Assembly (NCBI GenBank): GCA_016211085.1
Contig: JACQSY010000043.1
Span: forward strand, 22,845-86,844
DNA: 64,000 nt
Direction of reading: 5' to 3'
Origin: Acidobacteriota bacterium
Lineage (GTDB): Bacteria > Acidobacteriota > UBA6911 > RPQK01 > JACQSY01
Shown here piece after piece: positions 9,742-18,872 of the stretch. The translations under genes and the position numbers were made by a program. Every line of letters begins with the position of its first letter. Positions within the stretch are counted from its first letter, which is position 1. The notes under the pieces were generated by a model that did no database searches, was not told where the DNA came from, and saw only the letters and a list, made by a program, of their open reading frames with translations.

Positions 9742-11403
9742 ATGAGTCTTGATCTTACAACTAAGTCGAAGCAGCACCCGAGTTGTTCGGCAAGAAAACT
9801 CATCGTCTTTGGTTTGCTTGGGAGTGTTTTTTCAGCTGGTTGCATGCGGCCGCGGGAAGGCAGCCAAGTAACAGGAAATCTGACACCTGAGACAAGGACG
9901 GCGTCTTCTGCGAGATTATTGGAACTCGGGAAAACCGCCTACGAGAAGAACTGTGCTCCGTGTCATGGGTTGCAAGGGGATGGGCAGGGAGCAGCTTCTT
10001 ATCTGCTCTATCCGAAGCCTCGCAATTTCATCCTAGCTAAATACCGGCTTGTGTCCACCTGGGACTACGCTCCCGCCGATGAAGATCTCTTCCGAACGAT
10101 TTCGCGTGGCATGCCGGGCTCAGCCATGCCCTCCTGGGCGCATCTGCCGGAAGAGACGCGATGGGGGTTGGTTCATTACATAAAGTCATTTGCGCAAAAC
10201 CCCATTGAGATTGGCCCGGACCGTCAACCCACAGGTGTGGGCGACACACCTAGCGGCCGCATCAAGGTCCCCCCTGAGACACCCTATACCCCAGAAGCGA
10301 AGGTGCGCGCCCAGCAACTCTTTAAGACCAGTTGTGCTCCTTGCCATGGGCCGGAGGGCAAAGGAGATGGTCAGCAGGAACAAGAGGATTCGGAAGGTTT
10401 CCGCCTTCGGCCCCGCGACTTGACAGCGGGCATTTTTAAAGGGAGTCCTGACCCTTCAGAAGTGTATAAGCGGATTGTGGCCGGGCTGCCGGGTTCACCT
10501 ATGCCCGCAAGCCTGCATCTCTACGGGAATGCCGCGTGGGACGTAGTCCATTTCATTCTGGAGATGTCGAGCCCCGAACAAAGAGCAAGGATGGAGATGA
10601 AGCGTTTTCAGATTCCCGCCACGCGTGTTGACAGACTGCCTGACCATCCGGGTGACTCCATCTGGAGAAGCACCCCTGCGGTTAACCTGCACCTCATGCC
10701 GTTATGGTGGCGCAATAACCGTCCCGAAGTCGCTGCCGTGCAGGCCCTGCATAATGGGAAGGAAATCGCGATTCAGATAATCTGGTCCGATCCAACGCAC
10801 GATCATACCGCGATGCGACCTCAGGACTTCAGGGACGCCGCGGCTATTGAGTTTTCGCTGACTCCTGATCCTCCGTTCTTTGGCATGGGCGGGGAAGCCG
10901 CACATGCGGAGTCGGTTAATATCTGGATGTGGAAGTCCGAACGGCAGGCCGACCTGGAGCCTGCTTTTCAGGATCTGGACAAGATTTACCCCAACATCGG
11001 TATTGATTCGTACCCCAACCTGCTGCGTTCACCCCTGGAGCAGCCGACGCGCCGTGCGCTGACGCTCGAGTCAGACCCAACGTTTGTTACCGGCTGGGGG
11101 ACAAAAAACATCGTCTCGGACCCTACGCGGAAGAGTTCAGTTGAAGACCTTGCCGCTAGGGGATTTGGCACTCTCAAGGCTCGTCCCATGGTTGACCAGC
11201 AGGTGACCGCCACCGGAGTGTACATGACTGGATCTTACCGCGTTGTTTTCAGAAGGACGCTGGCCGGTAAAGGAAAGAGCGCAGTGTCACTTCGACCCGG
11301 AAGCCGAATTCCTGTCAGCTTTGCTGTTTGGGACGGCAGCGCTGGCGATCGTGACGGTAAAAAGTCGATCACAATTTGGCAAGAGCTTTCTATATCGAAT
11401 TAG
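9742..11403 (+). CDS. gamma-type subunit: probable lipoprotein with two class-I cytochrome c domains fused to an EB_dh (ethylbenzene-dehydrogenase gamma/NxrC/DdhC-like) heme-b domain
   Basis: Signal + candidate lipobox (VFSAGC); two CAPCHG heme-c motifs each in a cyt c551/c552-like context; C-terminal ~230 aa resembles EB_dh domain (…MPLWWRNNRPEVAAV…IWSDPTHDH…GMGGEAAH…NIWMWKSE…). Confidence 0.55.
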   Translation: MSLDLTTKSKQHPSCSARKLIVFGLLGSVFSAGCMRPREGSQVTGNLTPETRTASSARLLELGKTAYEKNCAPCHGLQGDGQGAASYLLYPKPRNFILAKYRLVSTWDYAPADEDLFRTISRGMPGSAMPSWAHLPEETRWGLVHYIKSFAQNPIEIGPDRQPTGVGDTPSGRIKVPPETPYTPEAKVRAQQLFKTSCAPCHGPEGKGDGQQEQEDSEGFRLRPRDLTAGIFKGSPDPSEVYKRIVAGLPGSPMPASLHLYGNAAWDVVHFILEMSSPEQRARMEMKRFQIPATRVDRLPDHPGDSIWRSTPAVNLHLMPLWWRNNRPEVAAVQALHNGKEIAIQIIWSDPTHDHTAMRPQDFRDAAAIEFSLTPDPPFFGMGGEAAHAESVNIWMWKSERQADLEPAFQDLDKIYPNIGIDSYPNLLRSPLEQPTRRALTLESDPTFVTGWGTKNIVSDPTRKSSVEDLAARGFGTLKARPMVDQQVTATGVYMTGSYRVVFRRTLAGKGKSAVSLRPGSRIPVSFAVWDGSAGDRDGKKSITIWQELSISN

Positions 11404-11454
11404 GCGCAGGCGCCCGTGGAGGCTGAAGGGTCGTCTTAAGAAGGAGAATGATCC

Positions 11455-14400
11455 ATGCCGGATGAATCTCAGAAAACCGATCGCAAATTAACCCGGCGTA
11501 ACTTCTTGCAATGGGTTGGAGTTGGAACAGGAGGCGCCCTATTGGCACTGGAGCCCGGGTGTCGTTTATTGCAACCTGTGGTTACGGACGAAAATCCCCT
11601 TCACAGAGAGGTGGCCCGTGATTGGGAAAAAATTTATCACGACCAGTACAAATATGATCATTTCTTCGACTGGGTGTGCTCCCCTAATGACACCCACGCA
11701 TGCCGCATTCGCGCCTATGTCCGGAACGGAATTGTCGTGCGCTCTGGTGAGACTTACAACTACCACCAATACGCAGATCTCTATGGTAACCACGCTACCA
11801 GCAATTGGGAACCTCGACAATGCGCCAAAGGTTACACCTTTCACCGTGTCATTTACGGTCCCTACCGCCTGCGCCACCCCATCGTCCGGAAGGGGTGGAA
11901 GGCCTGGGAGGAGGCGGGATTTCCCGAGCTGACGCCTGAACTCCGGTCCAAATATATGTTTGACGCACGCGGTCAGGACGAGTTCATTCAGATCACCTGG
12001 GAAGATGCTTTCCACTGTATCGCCAAAGCACTGGTGGCTATTTCGAAGCGGTATAGCGGCGAGAACGGGAAGAAAAGGTTGCTGGCCCAAGGCTACCAGC
12101 CCGAGATGGTTGAAGCCGCGGGCGGGGCCGGCACCCGATGCATCAAGATGCGGGGAGGCATGGGGCTGCTCGGGGTGTTAGGGAAATACGGAATGTACCG
12201 GTTTAACAACTCCCTGGCATTGTTGGATTCGCTCATCCGAAACGTCGGTCCCGACAAGGCGCTGGGAGGCCGGAACTGGTCCAACTACACTTGGCACGGC
12301 GATCAGGCGCCAGGTCACCCTTGGATCCATGGCCTGCAGGCATCGGACTGCGACTTCAACGACCTTCGATTCTCCAAGCTGATTATCATGGACGGCAAGA
12401 ATCTGGTCGAAAACAAATTGACCGATTCGCACTGGTTTATCGAGTGCATGGAGCGGGGCGGTAAGGTCGTCGTCATTGCACCCGAATACGGCCCTCCGTC
12501 GACGAAGGCTGACTACTGGGTCCCCATCCGTCCGGCTACCGACGCGGCACTCTGGCTTGGCATCACCCGACTCCTGATTGAACGCAAGGCTTATGACGAA
12601 GACTTTCTAAAACGATTTACTGATTTCCCCCTATTGGTGCGCACCGACAACCTACGGCGGTTGCGCGCGCACGAAGTTTTTGCCAACTACAAGAGTTCCC
12701 TGTCGCCCGATGGCCCCTCGATGAAAATTCAGGGCCTGACGCAGCAACAACACGAGGCGCTCGGTGATTTTGTTATCTGGGAGACCGAAGCGAACGCGCC
12801 CCGGCCCGCGACCCGAGATCAAGTCGGAAAATCAATGCCCTTCAAACCGGCCCTGGAAGGGAGTTGGCAAGTGCGTCTGGCTAAAGGCGGCACAGTACGA
12901 GTGGCCACACTATGGACGTTGTATCAAACACACTTGAAGGACTACCACCTCGACACCGTCTGTGAAATCACTCGAGCGCCTCGCCATCTGATTGAGCAAC
13001 TGGCCGACGACATTGCTACCATGAAGCCGGTAGCCATCCATCAGGGAGAGGGGATTAATCACTGGTTCCACGCCACGGAAATGAATCGCGCCGCCTATCT
13101 TCCCTTGATGCTCACGGGCAACATTGGCAAACCGGGAGCGGGGTGCCACACCTGGGCGGGCAATTATAAGGCAGCCGTTTTCCAGGGATCCGCTTGGTCT
13201 GGTCCAGGTTTTAAGGGCTGGGTGGCCGAAGACCCCTTCCATCCCAATTTGGACCCGAATACTTCCGGCAAGGACATCCCCGCCCACGCTTACACGAAGG
13301 ACGAGGAGCCGGCTTATTGGAACCATGGTGATCTTGCTCTGGTAGTGGACACTCCCAAGTTTGGCCGCAAGAATTTCACCGGAACGACGCACATGCCCAC
13401 CCCTACCAAGGCGATACTCTTTACCAACGTCAACCTGATTAACAATGCCAAGTGGGCCTACGGGGTAATCAAAAACGTCAACCCCAACGTCGAGATGATC
13501 GTTTCCTTCGACATCCAAATGACCGCCTCGATCGAGTACTCCGACATCGCCCTGCCTGCCAATTCCTGGCTCGAGTTTGAAGATCTGGAAGTGACGGCCA
13601 GTTGTTCCAACCCGTTTCTGCAAATCTGGAAAGGCGGCATCACGCCGGTATTCAACAGCAAGGATGATCTGACGATCATTGCCGGCATCGCCGCAGCTCT
13701 CTCGGAGGTAATGGGGGACAAACGCTTTCGGGACTATTTTAAGTTCGAACTGGAAGGAAAGCGAAGTGTCTACCTGCAGCGATTGCTGGATTCTTCCACG
13801 ACCACTGCCGGCTACAAAGTCGAAGACGTCATGGCTGGAAAGTACGGCCCTCCGGGAGCCGCGCTGATGAACTTCCGCACCTATCCGCGGATCCCGTTTT
13901 ACGAGCAGATTCACGATAGCGAACCATTCCAGACCGACACCGGCCGCCTGAATGCCTATGCGGATATCCCAGAAGCAATCGAATACGGCGAAAACTTCAT
14001 CGTGCACAGAGAGGGACCGGAAGCAACCCCCTATCTCCCCAATGTCATTATCAGCAGCAATCCGTACGTACGACCGGAAGACTACGGGATCTCCCCAAAA
14101 GCTGAGCACTGGGACGCGCGCACCATTCGAAATATCAAGATGCCGTGGAGCCAAGTCAAGGAGACCCGGAACTTTCTGTGGGAGAAAGGCTACCAGTTCT
14201 ATTGCCTGACGCCCAAGACTCGCCACCGGGTCCACAGTTCTTGGTCCAATGTCGACTGGCACATGCTCTACGACTCAAACTTCGGCGACCCGTTCCGCCT
14301 GGACAAGCGTGCCCCATCCGTCGGAGAGCATCAGTTGCACATCAATCCTGCCGCGGCTCGAGATCTAGGAATCAACGATGGCGACTACGTCTTTGTCGAC

Positions 14401-14916
14401 GCTAATCCAGCCGATCGTCCTTACCTGAATGCCAACCCCGCGGATCCTTTCTACCGGGTATCGCGTTGCATGCTGCGGGTTAAGTACAATCACGCCTACC
14501 CGTACAACGTCGTGATGATGAAGCACGCGCCCTTTATCGCTACCGAGAAGAGCGTCAAGGCGCATGAGACCCGTCCGGACGGCAGGGCCCTATCGGAAAA
14601 CACTGGCTACCAGGCCAACCTGCGATATGGCTCGCAGCAGTCCATTACGCGCAACTGGCACATGCCTATGCACCAGACCGACAACCTGTTTCACAAGGCC
14701 AAGGTCTCCATGGCATTCATTTTCGGCGGCGAAGCCGACAACCACGCGCTCAATACAGTTCCCAAAGAGACCCTGATCCGGATCACCAAGGCGGAAGATG
14801 GAGGGCTCGGTGGAAAAGGGATTTGGAAGCCAGCCACCACCGGACATACACCGGATAACGAAAGCGAAACAATGAAGCTTTATCTGGAAGGTGGACTGAC
14901 TAGGGTGAGCAAATGA
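11455..14916 (+). CDS. Tat-exported molybdopterin oxidoreductase alpha subunit, NarG/NxrA-like (type II DMSO reductase family)
   Basis: Twin-arginine signal (TRRNFLQWVGVGTGGALLA); 1153 aa; N-terminal FS0 region aligns to NarG HGVNCTGSCSWKIYVKNG as CSPNDTHACRIRAYVRNG (C-x3-D-x3-C) followed by downstream Cys (PRQCAKG); length and motifs match periplasmic NXR/pNAR lineage. Confidence 0.85.
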   Translation: MPDESQKTDRKLTRRNFLQWVGVGTGGALLALEPGCRLLQPVVTDENPLHREVARDWEKIYHDQYKYDHFFDWVCSPNDTHACRIRAYVRNGIVVRSGETYNYHQYADLYGNHATSNWEPRQCAKGYTFHRVIYGPYRLRHPIVRKGWKAWEEAGFPELTPELRSKYMFDARGQDEFIQITWEDAFHCIAKALVAISKRYSGENGKKRLLAQGYQPEMVEAAGGAGTRCIKMRGGMGLLGVLGKYGMYRFNNSLALLDSLIRNVGPDKALGGRNWSNYTWHGDQAPGHPWIHGLQASDCDFNDLRFSKLIIMDGKNLVENKLTDSHWFIECMERGGKVVVIAPEYGPPSTKADYWVPIRPATDAALWLGITRLLIERKAYDEDFLKRFTDFPLLVRTDNLRRLRAHEVFANYKSSLSPDGPSMKIQGLTQQQHEALGDFVIWETEANAPRPATRDQVGKSMPFKPALEGSWQVRLAKGGTVRVATLWTLYQTHLKDYHLDTVCEITRAPRHLIEQLADDIATMKPVAIHQGEGINHWFHATEMNRAAYLPLMLTGNIGKPGAGCHTWAGNYKAAVFQGSAWSGPGFKGWVAEDPFHPNLDPNTSGKDIPAHAYTKDEEPAYWNHGDLALVVDTPKFGRKNFTGTTHMPTPTKAILFTNVNLINNAKWAYGVIKNVNPNVEMIVSFDIQMTASIEYSDIALPANSWLEFEDLEVTASCSNPFLQIWKGGITPVFNSKDDLTIIAGIAAALSEVMGDKRFRDYFKFELEGKRSVYLQRLLDSSTTTAGYKVEDVMAGKYGPPGAALMNFRTYPRIPFYEQIHDSEPFQTDTGRLNAYADIPEAIEYGENFIVHREGPEATPYLPNVIISSNPYVRPEDYGISPKAEHWDARTIRNIKMPWSQVKETRNFLWEKGYQFYCLTPKTRHRVHSSWSNVDWHMLYDSNFGDPFRLDKRAPSVGEHQLHINPAAARDLGINDGDYVFVDANPADRPYLNANPADPFYRVSRCMLRVKYNHAYPYNVVMMKHAPFIATEKSVKAHETRPDGRALSENTGYQANLRYGSQQSITRNWHMPMHQTDNLFHKAKVSMAFIFGGEADNHALNTVPKETLIRITKAEDGGLGGKGIWKPATTGHTPDNESETMKLYLEGGLTRVSK

Positions 14917-14966
14917 GGGACAACGAATGCCTGATCTTTATCCGGCTCGGAAGTAGAGGGAGAAAA

Positions 14967-15329
14967 ATGCCCTACAACGATCCTGATCCGAAGGATCCGA
15001 CGATGCTGGTTGGCGTTGAAATACCTGCTGAGCAGGATGCAGACCTCGAAATGGCATACGCTTTCGCTGAAGAGTTCGCCGCCATGGGGTTTTCGGAAAA
15101 GCGTCTGCTGTCTCTCTTCCACCAGCCCTTTTATTCCGCTGCTTATCGCGCATGCAAGAACTTGGGCGAGGAGAAAATCAAGTCCGTCATTCGGGAAGCT
15201 CTCCATGTGTGGGGCGGTTCCCGGTTCGTCATCCAAGAGAAGCGCGACAGCCTCGACACATCGAGGGATAGTCATGGAGCAGCAGAAACCGGGCCGCGCA
15301 TCGGAAGAAATGAGGCCGGCTATGAGTAA
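14967..15329 (+). CDS. small acidic hypothetical protein between alpha and beta subunit genes
   Basis: 120 aa ORF from MPYNDPDPKD; stop overlaps the beta-subunit start in an ATGAGTAA arrangement (translational coupling); no recognised domain. Confidence 0.35.
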   Translation: MPYNDPDPKDPTMLVGVEIPAEQDADLEMAYAFAEEFAAMGFSEKRLLSLFHQPFYSAAYRACKNLGEEKIKSVIREALHVWGGSRFVIQEKRDSLDTSRDSHGAAETGPRIGRNEAGYE

Positions 15330-16590
15330 AGTGTACAACTGGCAACTCGGGCGTGAAATGAGTTACCCGTATGAGGCGAAATTTCCCGAACGTCAGTTCG
15401 CCTTTGTGTTCAACATCAACCGTTGCATTGCCTGTCAAAGCTGCACCATGGCATGCAAATCCACGTGGACCTTCAGCAAAGGCCAGGAACACATGTGGTG
15501 GGCTAATGTGGAGACGAAGCCCTACGGCGGCTACCCCCAGTTCTGGGATGTAAAGATCCTTGAATTGCTGGAGAAGGCAAACCCTGAAGGTCAGCGATGG
15601 ACCGGCCCGACTTCCGACAATGCAACGTCGTTGTATGGACGCTTTGCCGGACAGACCATTTTTGAGGCGGCGGAAAAAACACTGGACCCTCCAAGTTCTC
15701 GCGTCTTGGGATATCTGCCTGCGGACGAGGAGTGGAACTCACCGAATATTTATGAAGACAACCCGGTAGGCAAGAGGGGCGTCCGCGACAGGCTGCACGA
15801 GACGGGCGAACAACTTCCGGTCCATAATACTTGGTTCTTCTACCTGGCGCGGATCTGTAATCACTGCACCTACCCGGCTTGCCTAGCCGCTTGCCCGCGC
15901 AAGGCGCTCTACAAACGGCCGGAAGACGGCATCGTGCTGCTGGATCAAAGCGAGTGCCGCGGCTACCGAAAGTGCGTAGAGGCGTGTCCCTACAAGAAGA
16001 CCATGTATCGTGGCAACACCCGTGTCTCCGAGAAGTGCATCGCTTGTTATCCGCGAGTCGAGGCGACCGACCCCGAGAGCGAAGGCGAGCCAATGGAGAC
16101 CCGATGCATGACGGCCTGCATTGGGCAGATCCGGATGCAAGGATTGGTGAAACTGAACCCTGACGGAACTTGGGCGGAGGACCGGTACCACCCCCTGTAT
16201 TATTTGGTTCAAGTGGCCAAAGTAGCCTTGCCACTTTATCCCCAGTTGGGGACTTCGCCGAACGGCTACTACATCCCGCCGCGCTGGGTTCCCCGGGAAT
16301 ATTTGCGGCAGATGTTTGGCCCTGGAGTCGACCGCGCATTGGAACGTTATAACAATCCCGACCGGGAACTGCTGGCAGTGTTGCAGCTGTTCCGGCGCTC
16401 CAACCGGATTATTTACCGTTATGAAATCAAGGAAGGTCCGCTGGTTTATGAAGGCACCTATCGGGGCAGACCCGTACGCATTTACAACGATACAGCGATC
16501 GCGTTTGGCAAAAACGGCACGGAACTGTTTCGCACCAGCGTGGAGGAACCAGTGCATGTGCGTCCCGGCAAGCACCAGAATTCGATTTGA
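15322..16590 (+). CDS. iron-sulfur beta subunit, NarH/NxrB-like (four Fe-S clusters)
   Basis: Ferredoxin-type Cys clusters CIACQSCTMAC, CNHCTYPACLAACP, CRGYRKCVEACP, CIACYPRV…CMTAC in NarH order; start at MSKVYNWQ (alternative upstream Met at 15274). Confidence 0.85.
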   Translation: MSKVYNWQLGREMSYPYEAKFPERQFAFVFNINRCIACQSCTMACKSTWTFSKGQEHMWWANVETKPYGGYPQFWDVKILELLEKANPEGQRWTGPTSDNATSLYGRFAGQTIFEAAEKTLDPPSSRVLGYLPADEEWNSPNIYEDNPVGKRGVRDRLHETGEQLPVHNTWFFYLARICNHCTYPACLAACPRKALYKRPEDGIVLLDQSECRGYRKCVEACPYKKTMYRGNTRVSEKCIACYPRVEATDPESEGEPMETRCMTACIGQIRMQGLVKLNPDGTWAEDRYHPLYYLVQVAKVALPLYPQLGTSPNGYYIPPRWVPREYLRQMFGPGVDRALERYNNPDRELLAVLQLFRRSNRIIYRYEIKEGPLVYEGTYRGRPVRIYNDTAIAFGKNGTELFRTSVEEPVHVRPGKHQNSI

Positions 16591-16619
16591 CAACCCCGCA
16601 GACTGAAGGAACCAAAGGA

Positions 16620-17447
16620 ATGACTCCCAGTGACGATCAACGCCTTGGGGACGAAGCTCTCTGTCGCAGTGTTTTTTACAATCTGCTGTCGCTGGCATTG
16701 CACCCCCCGACAGCGGAAATTTGCAGTGCCATAAAATCAGAAAGTGCGGACCTTGCCCTGCGAGAGGCTGCGGCTGTACTCGACGCGTCCCCCATAGATC
16801 AGACTTCCACAGGGGGGTCCGAAAAGGGGAATCGCCGTCCGGATCTGGGCTCGCGGGTTGATCAATGGATCGCGACTTTTGACGGTCTCTCCCTGCAACT
16901 GTTGCTCTCTTCATATGGACAGCTGTTCGGCCATACAACCAGAGGGCCGGTTTGCCCTTATGAGACGGAATACGGTCAGGAAGCAGTTTTTCAGCAGCCG
17001 CGTCAGCTGGCGCAAATTACAGGGTTTTATCGCGCCTTCGGACTTGCCACACGAAGCGCTGAGCGCGAGCGGCCCGATCACATCAGCTGCCAACTGGAAT
17101 TCCTACAGTTTCTTTCCCGCAAGGAGGCCTATGCGCTGGGATGCGGAGGTTTCCCGATGCTGGAGGAGACCCGGAAGGCGACTCGACTCTTCCTGCGGGA
17201 TCACCTGGGCCGGTATGGAAGGGCCTTTGCGCATATGCTTCGAGAACACGAGCCGGAAGGCTTTTTCGGCAGACTGGCCGACCTGATGTTCGACTTTATT
17301 ACTTTCGAATGCCGGCGCCTGCGAATTGAGGCGGGTCCGCCCCTGCTGCAGCTCCGGACGGACGGGGAGGGCCATGTGCCAATGGCCTGCGGCAGCGGGG
17401 AATCCGAACTGGTGCAGCTGGAAACTCCCTTTTCATCCGCCAGGTGA
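16620..17447 (+). CDS. TorD/NarJ/DmsD-family redox enzyme maturation chaperone (delta subunit)
   Basis: TorD-like signature region (…CRSVFYNLLSLALHPP…); positioned after alpha/beta as in narJ/serD/ddhD; start at ATG preceded by AAGGA (a TTG at 16587 overlapping the beta stop is an alternative). Confidence 0.65.
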   Translation: MTPSDDQRLGDEALCRSVFYNLLSLALHPPTAEICSAIKSESADLALREAAAVLDASPIDQTSTGGSEKGNRRPDLGSRVDQWIATFDGLSLQLLLSSYGQLFGHTTRGPVCPYETEYGQEAVFQQPRQLAQITGFYRAFGLATRSAERERPDHISCQLEFLQFLSRKEAYALGCGGFPMLEETRKATRLFLRDHLGRYGRAFAHMLREHEPEGFFGRLADLMFDFITFECRRLRIEAGPPLLQLRTDGEGHVPMACGSGESELVQLETPFSSAR

Positions 17448-17555
17448 GACCGAAAAAGATGCCCGAGCTTCAACTTGCCGTGGTTTGAGCGCCGAAGCGG
17501 CAGTAGGAGACTACGAAGAGAGGCCCTTGCGGCAATTGGAGATAAAGTTGACGCA

Positions 17556-18794
17556 ATGAAAGTTCATGACTCTGGCGGAAACCTCGCTCTTTCGTGCCGC
17601 ATCGACTACGATGCGCGACTGGTGGAAGAGGCCGTCCTGTTGAGGATGGCCAGCCATCCTGAAGAAGCCAGATTCCGCAAGAGCCGCAACCCAATCTATG
17701 AAGTGGTTGATAGCGAACAACGAGAAAAGCGCTTTCGAGAATTCCACAGCGAATGGTTTGTTCGCCTCAGGATGGGAGAGCCTATTGTCGCCGCGCTTGG
17801 GGAGCAACCGACGCTTGGCGAAGACGTCCTCATCTGTTGTGTTGTTCGGGCGCTGTCCTCTTACGAAGAAGGGGCAGATCTGCACCAGCGGCGCAGTAAC
17901 GGAGGCGTGGGAGAACAGGGTCATCCGAACCGTGACAGGTTGAGAACGAATGTTCGGTCTCATTGCGTGGGGCCATCCACCAACGAGGCTCTCTCAGGTT
18001 CGATGAAAACACCCCGCCAGGACGCACATATGTATGCGAGCACGCTTCGGACACAGACTTCCCAAGACACTTCCATTGCAGGGGACAGTTCTAAGACGGA
18101 AAACGCCTCGAACCGGGCCGCCGCGGAAAAGATCATCGTAGTTAAACTCCAGCCTGCCTCCTTTTTAAATTCCGATCGCCTGCGGGCATTCCTCCGGCAC
18201 GAATTTATGCATATTGTCGATATGCTGGATCCCCGGTTTGGCTACCAGCCGGTGTTGCCCAAATCGGAATACGGCCCGGCTTATGACCATCTGGTGAAAG
18301 ATCGATACGGGGTTCTCTGGGACACCTGGATCGACGGACGATTGCAACGCCGAGGCTGGGCAGGCGGCCACGTTTGCGGGCAGCGACGCGCGGAGTTCAT
18401 CGCGACTTTTCCCATGTGCGGGGATGAGGTGGAAGAAAAATTTGCGCAGTTCTTCAACGCCGATTTCCTGACTCACGGGGCTTTGGCGGCATTCGCTTTA
18501 AATCCAGGGGGGGGCTCCAAGGTAGGAGTTGGGCGGGGCCGGGCGCAACCGTGTCCGCTCTGCCGATTCCCTACATCAGATTTCATCGATGGCACACGCC
18601 AGTTAACAAAGGAGGCAAAACAACAGATCGCGGTGGATTTTCCCAACTGGCGACCCGGGCACGGACTTTGCCGTCAATGTTCCGATTTGTACTTGGCCCG
18701 CGGATTATCCCAGAGCGCGGAAGCTGGGCTGCCGGGAACCCAGCGCCGCCAGGCGGATAACCTCGCCGCCTATGAAATCAATAAAAAAGCCTGA
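17556..18794 (+). CDS. hypothetical protein with HExxH motif and C-terminal CxxC…CxxC zinc-ribbon
   Basis: 412 aa from MKVHDSGG (RBS GGAGA 14 nt upstream); contains RHEFMHIVD (HExxH) and CPLCRF…CRQCSDLY; no family recognised. Confidence 0.45.
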   Translation: MKVHDSGGNLALSCRIDYDARLVEEAVLLRMASHPEEARFRKSRNPIYEVVDSEQREKRFREFHSEWFVRLRMGEPIVAALGEQPTLGEDVLICCVVRALSSYEEGADLHQRRSNGGVGEQGHPNRDRLRTNVRSHCVGPSTNEALSGSMKTPRQDAHMYASTLRTQTSQDTSIAGDSSKTENASNRAAAEKIIVVKLQPASFLNSDRLRAFLRHEFMHIVDMLDPRFGYQPVLPKSEYGPAYDHLVKDRYGVLWDTWIDGRLQRRGWAGGHVCGQRRAEFIATFPMCGDEVEEKFAQFFNADFLTHGALAAFALNPGGGSKVGVGRGRAQPCPLCRFPTSDFIDGTRQLTKEAKQQIAVDFPNWRPGHGLCRQCSDLYLARGLSQSAEAGLPGTQRRQADNLAAYEINKKA

Positions 18795-18872
18795 TAACGT
18801 GTTGTTTGTGTCCAGCTGATTTTGTTCCGAAGGCAGCTAACCCTGAAGGTCTATCCCTAGGACGTCAATAGG

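Noticed and set aside
12910-14262. 450-aa ORF on minus strand inside the alpha-subunit gene
   Set aside because: Antisense shadow ORF typical of high-GC DNA; the plus-strand product has unmistakable NarG-family motifs and the minus product is Arg/Gly/Pro-rich low-complexity.
15010-15321. Long N-terminal extension of the beta-subunit ORF (from 15010)
   Set aside because: Extension is Ser/Arg/Cys-rich with no homology and overlaps the small inter-subunit ORF; NarH-like sequence begins at MSKVYNWQ.
16587-16619. TTG start for the chaperone gene overlapping the beta stop
   Set aside because: Possible, but the in-frame ATG at 16620 has a better-positioned AAGGA RBS; kept as an alternative rather than the call.
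15883-16938. 351-aa minus-strand ORF overlapping beta-subunit and chaperone genes
   Set aside because: Shadow ORF; plus strand encodes clear Fe-S cluster motifs; no RBS or domain on the minus product.
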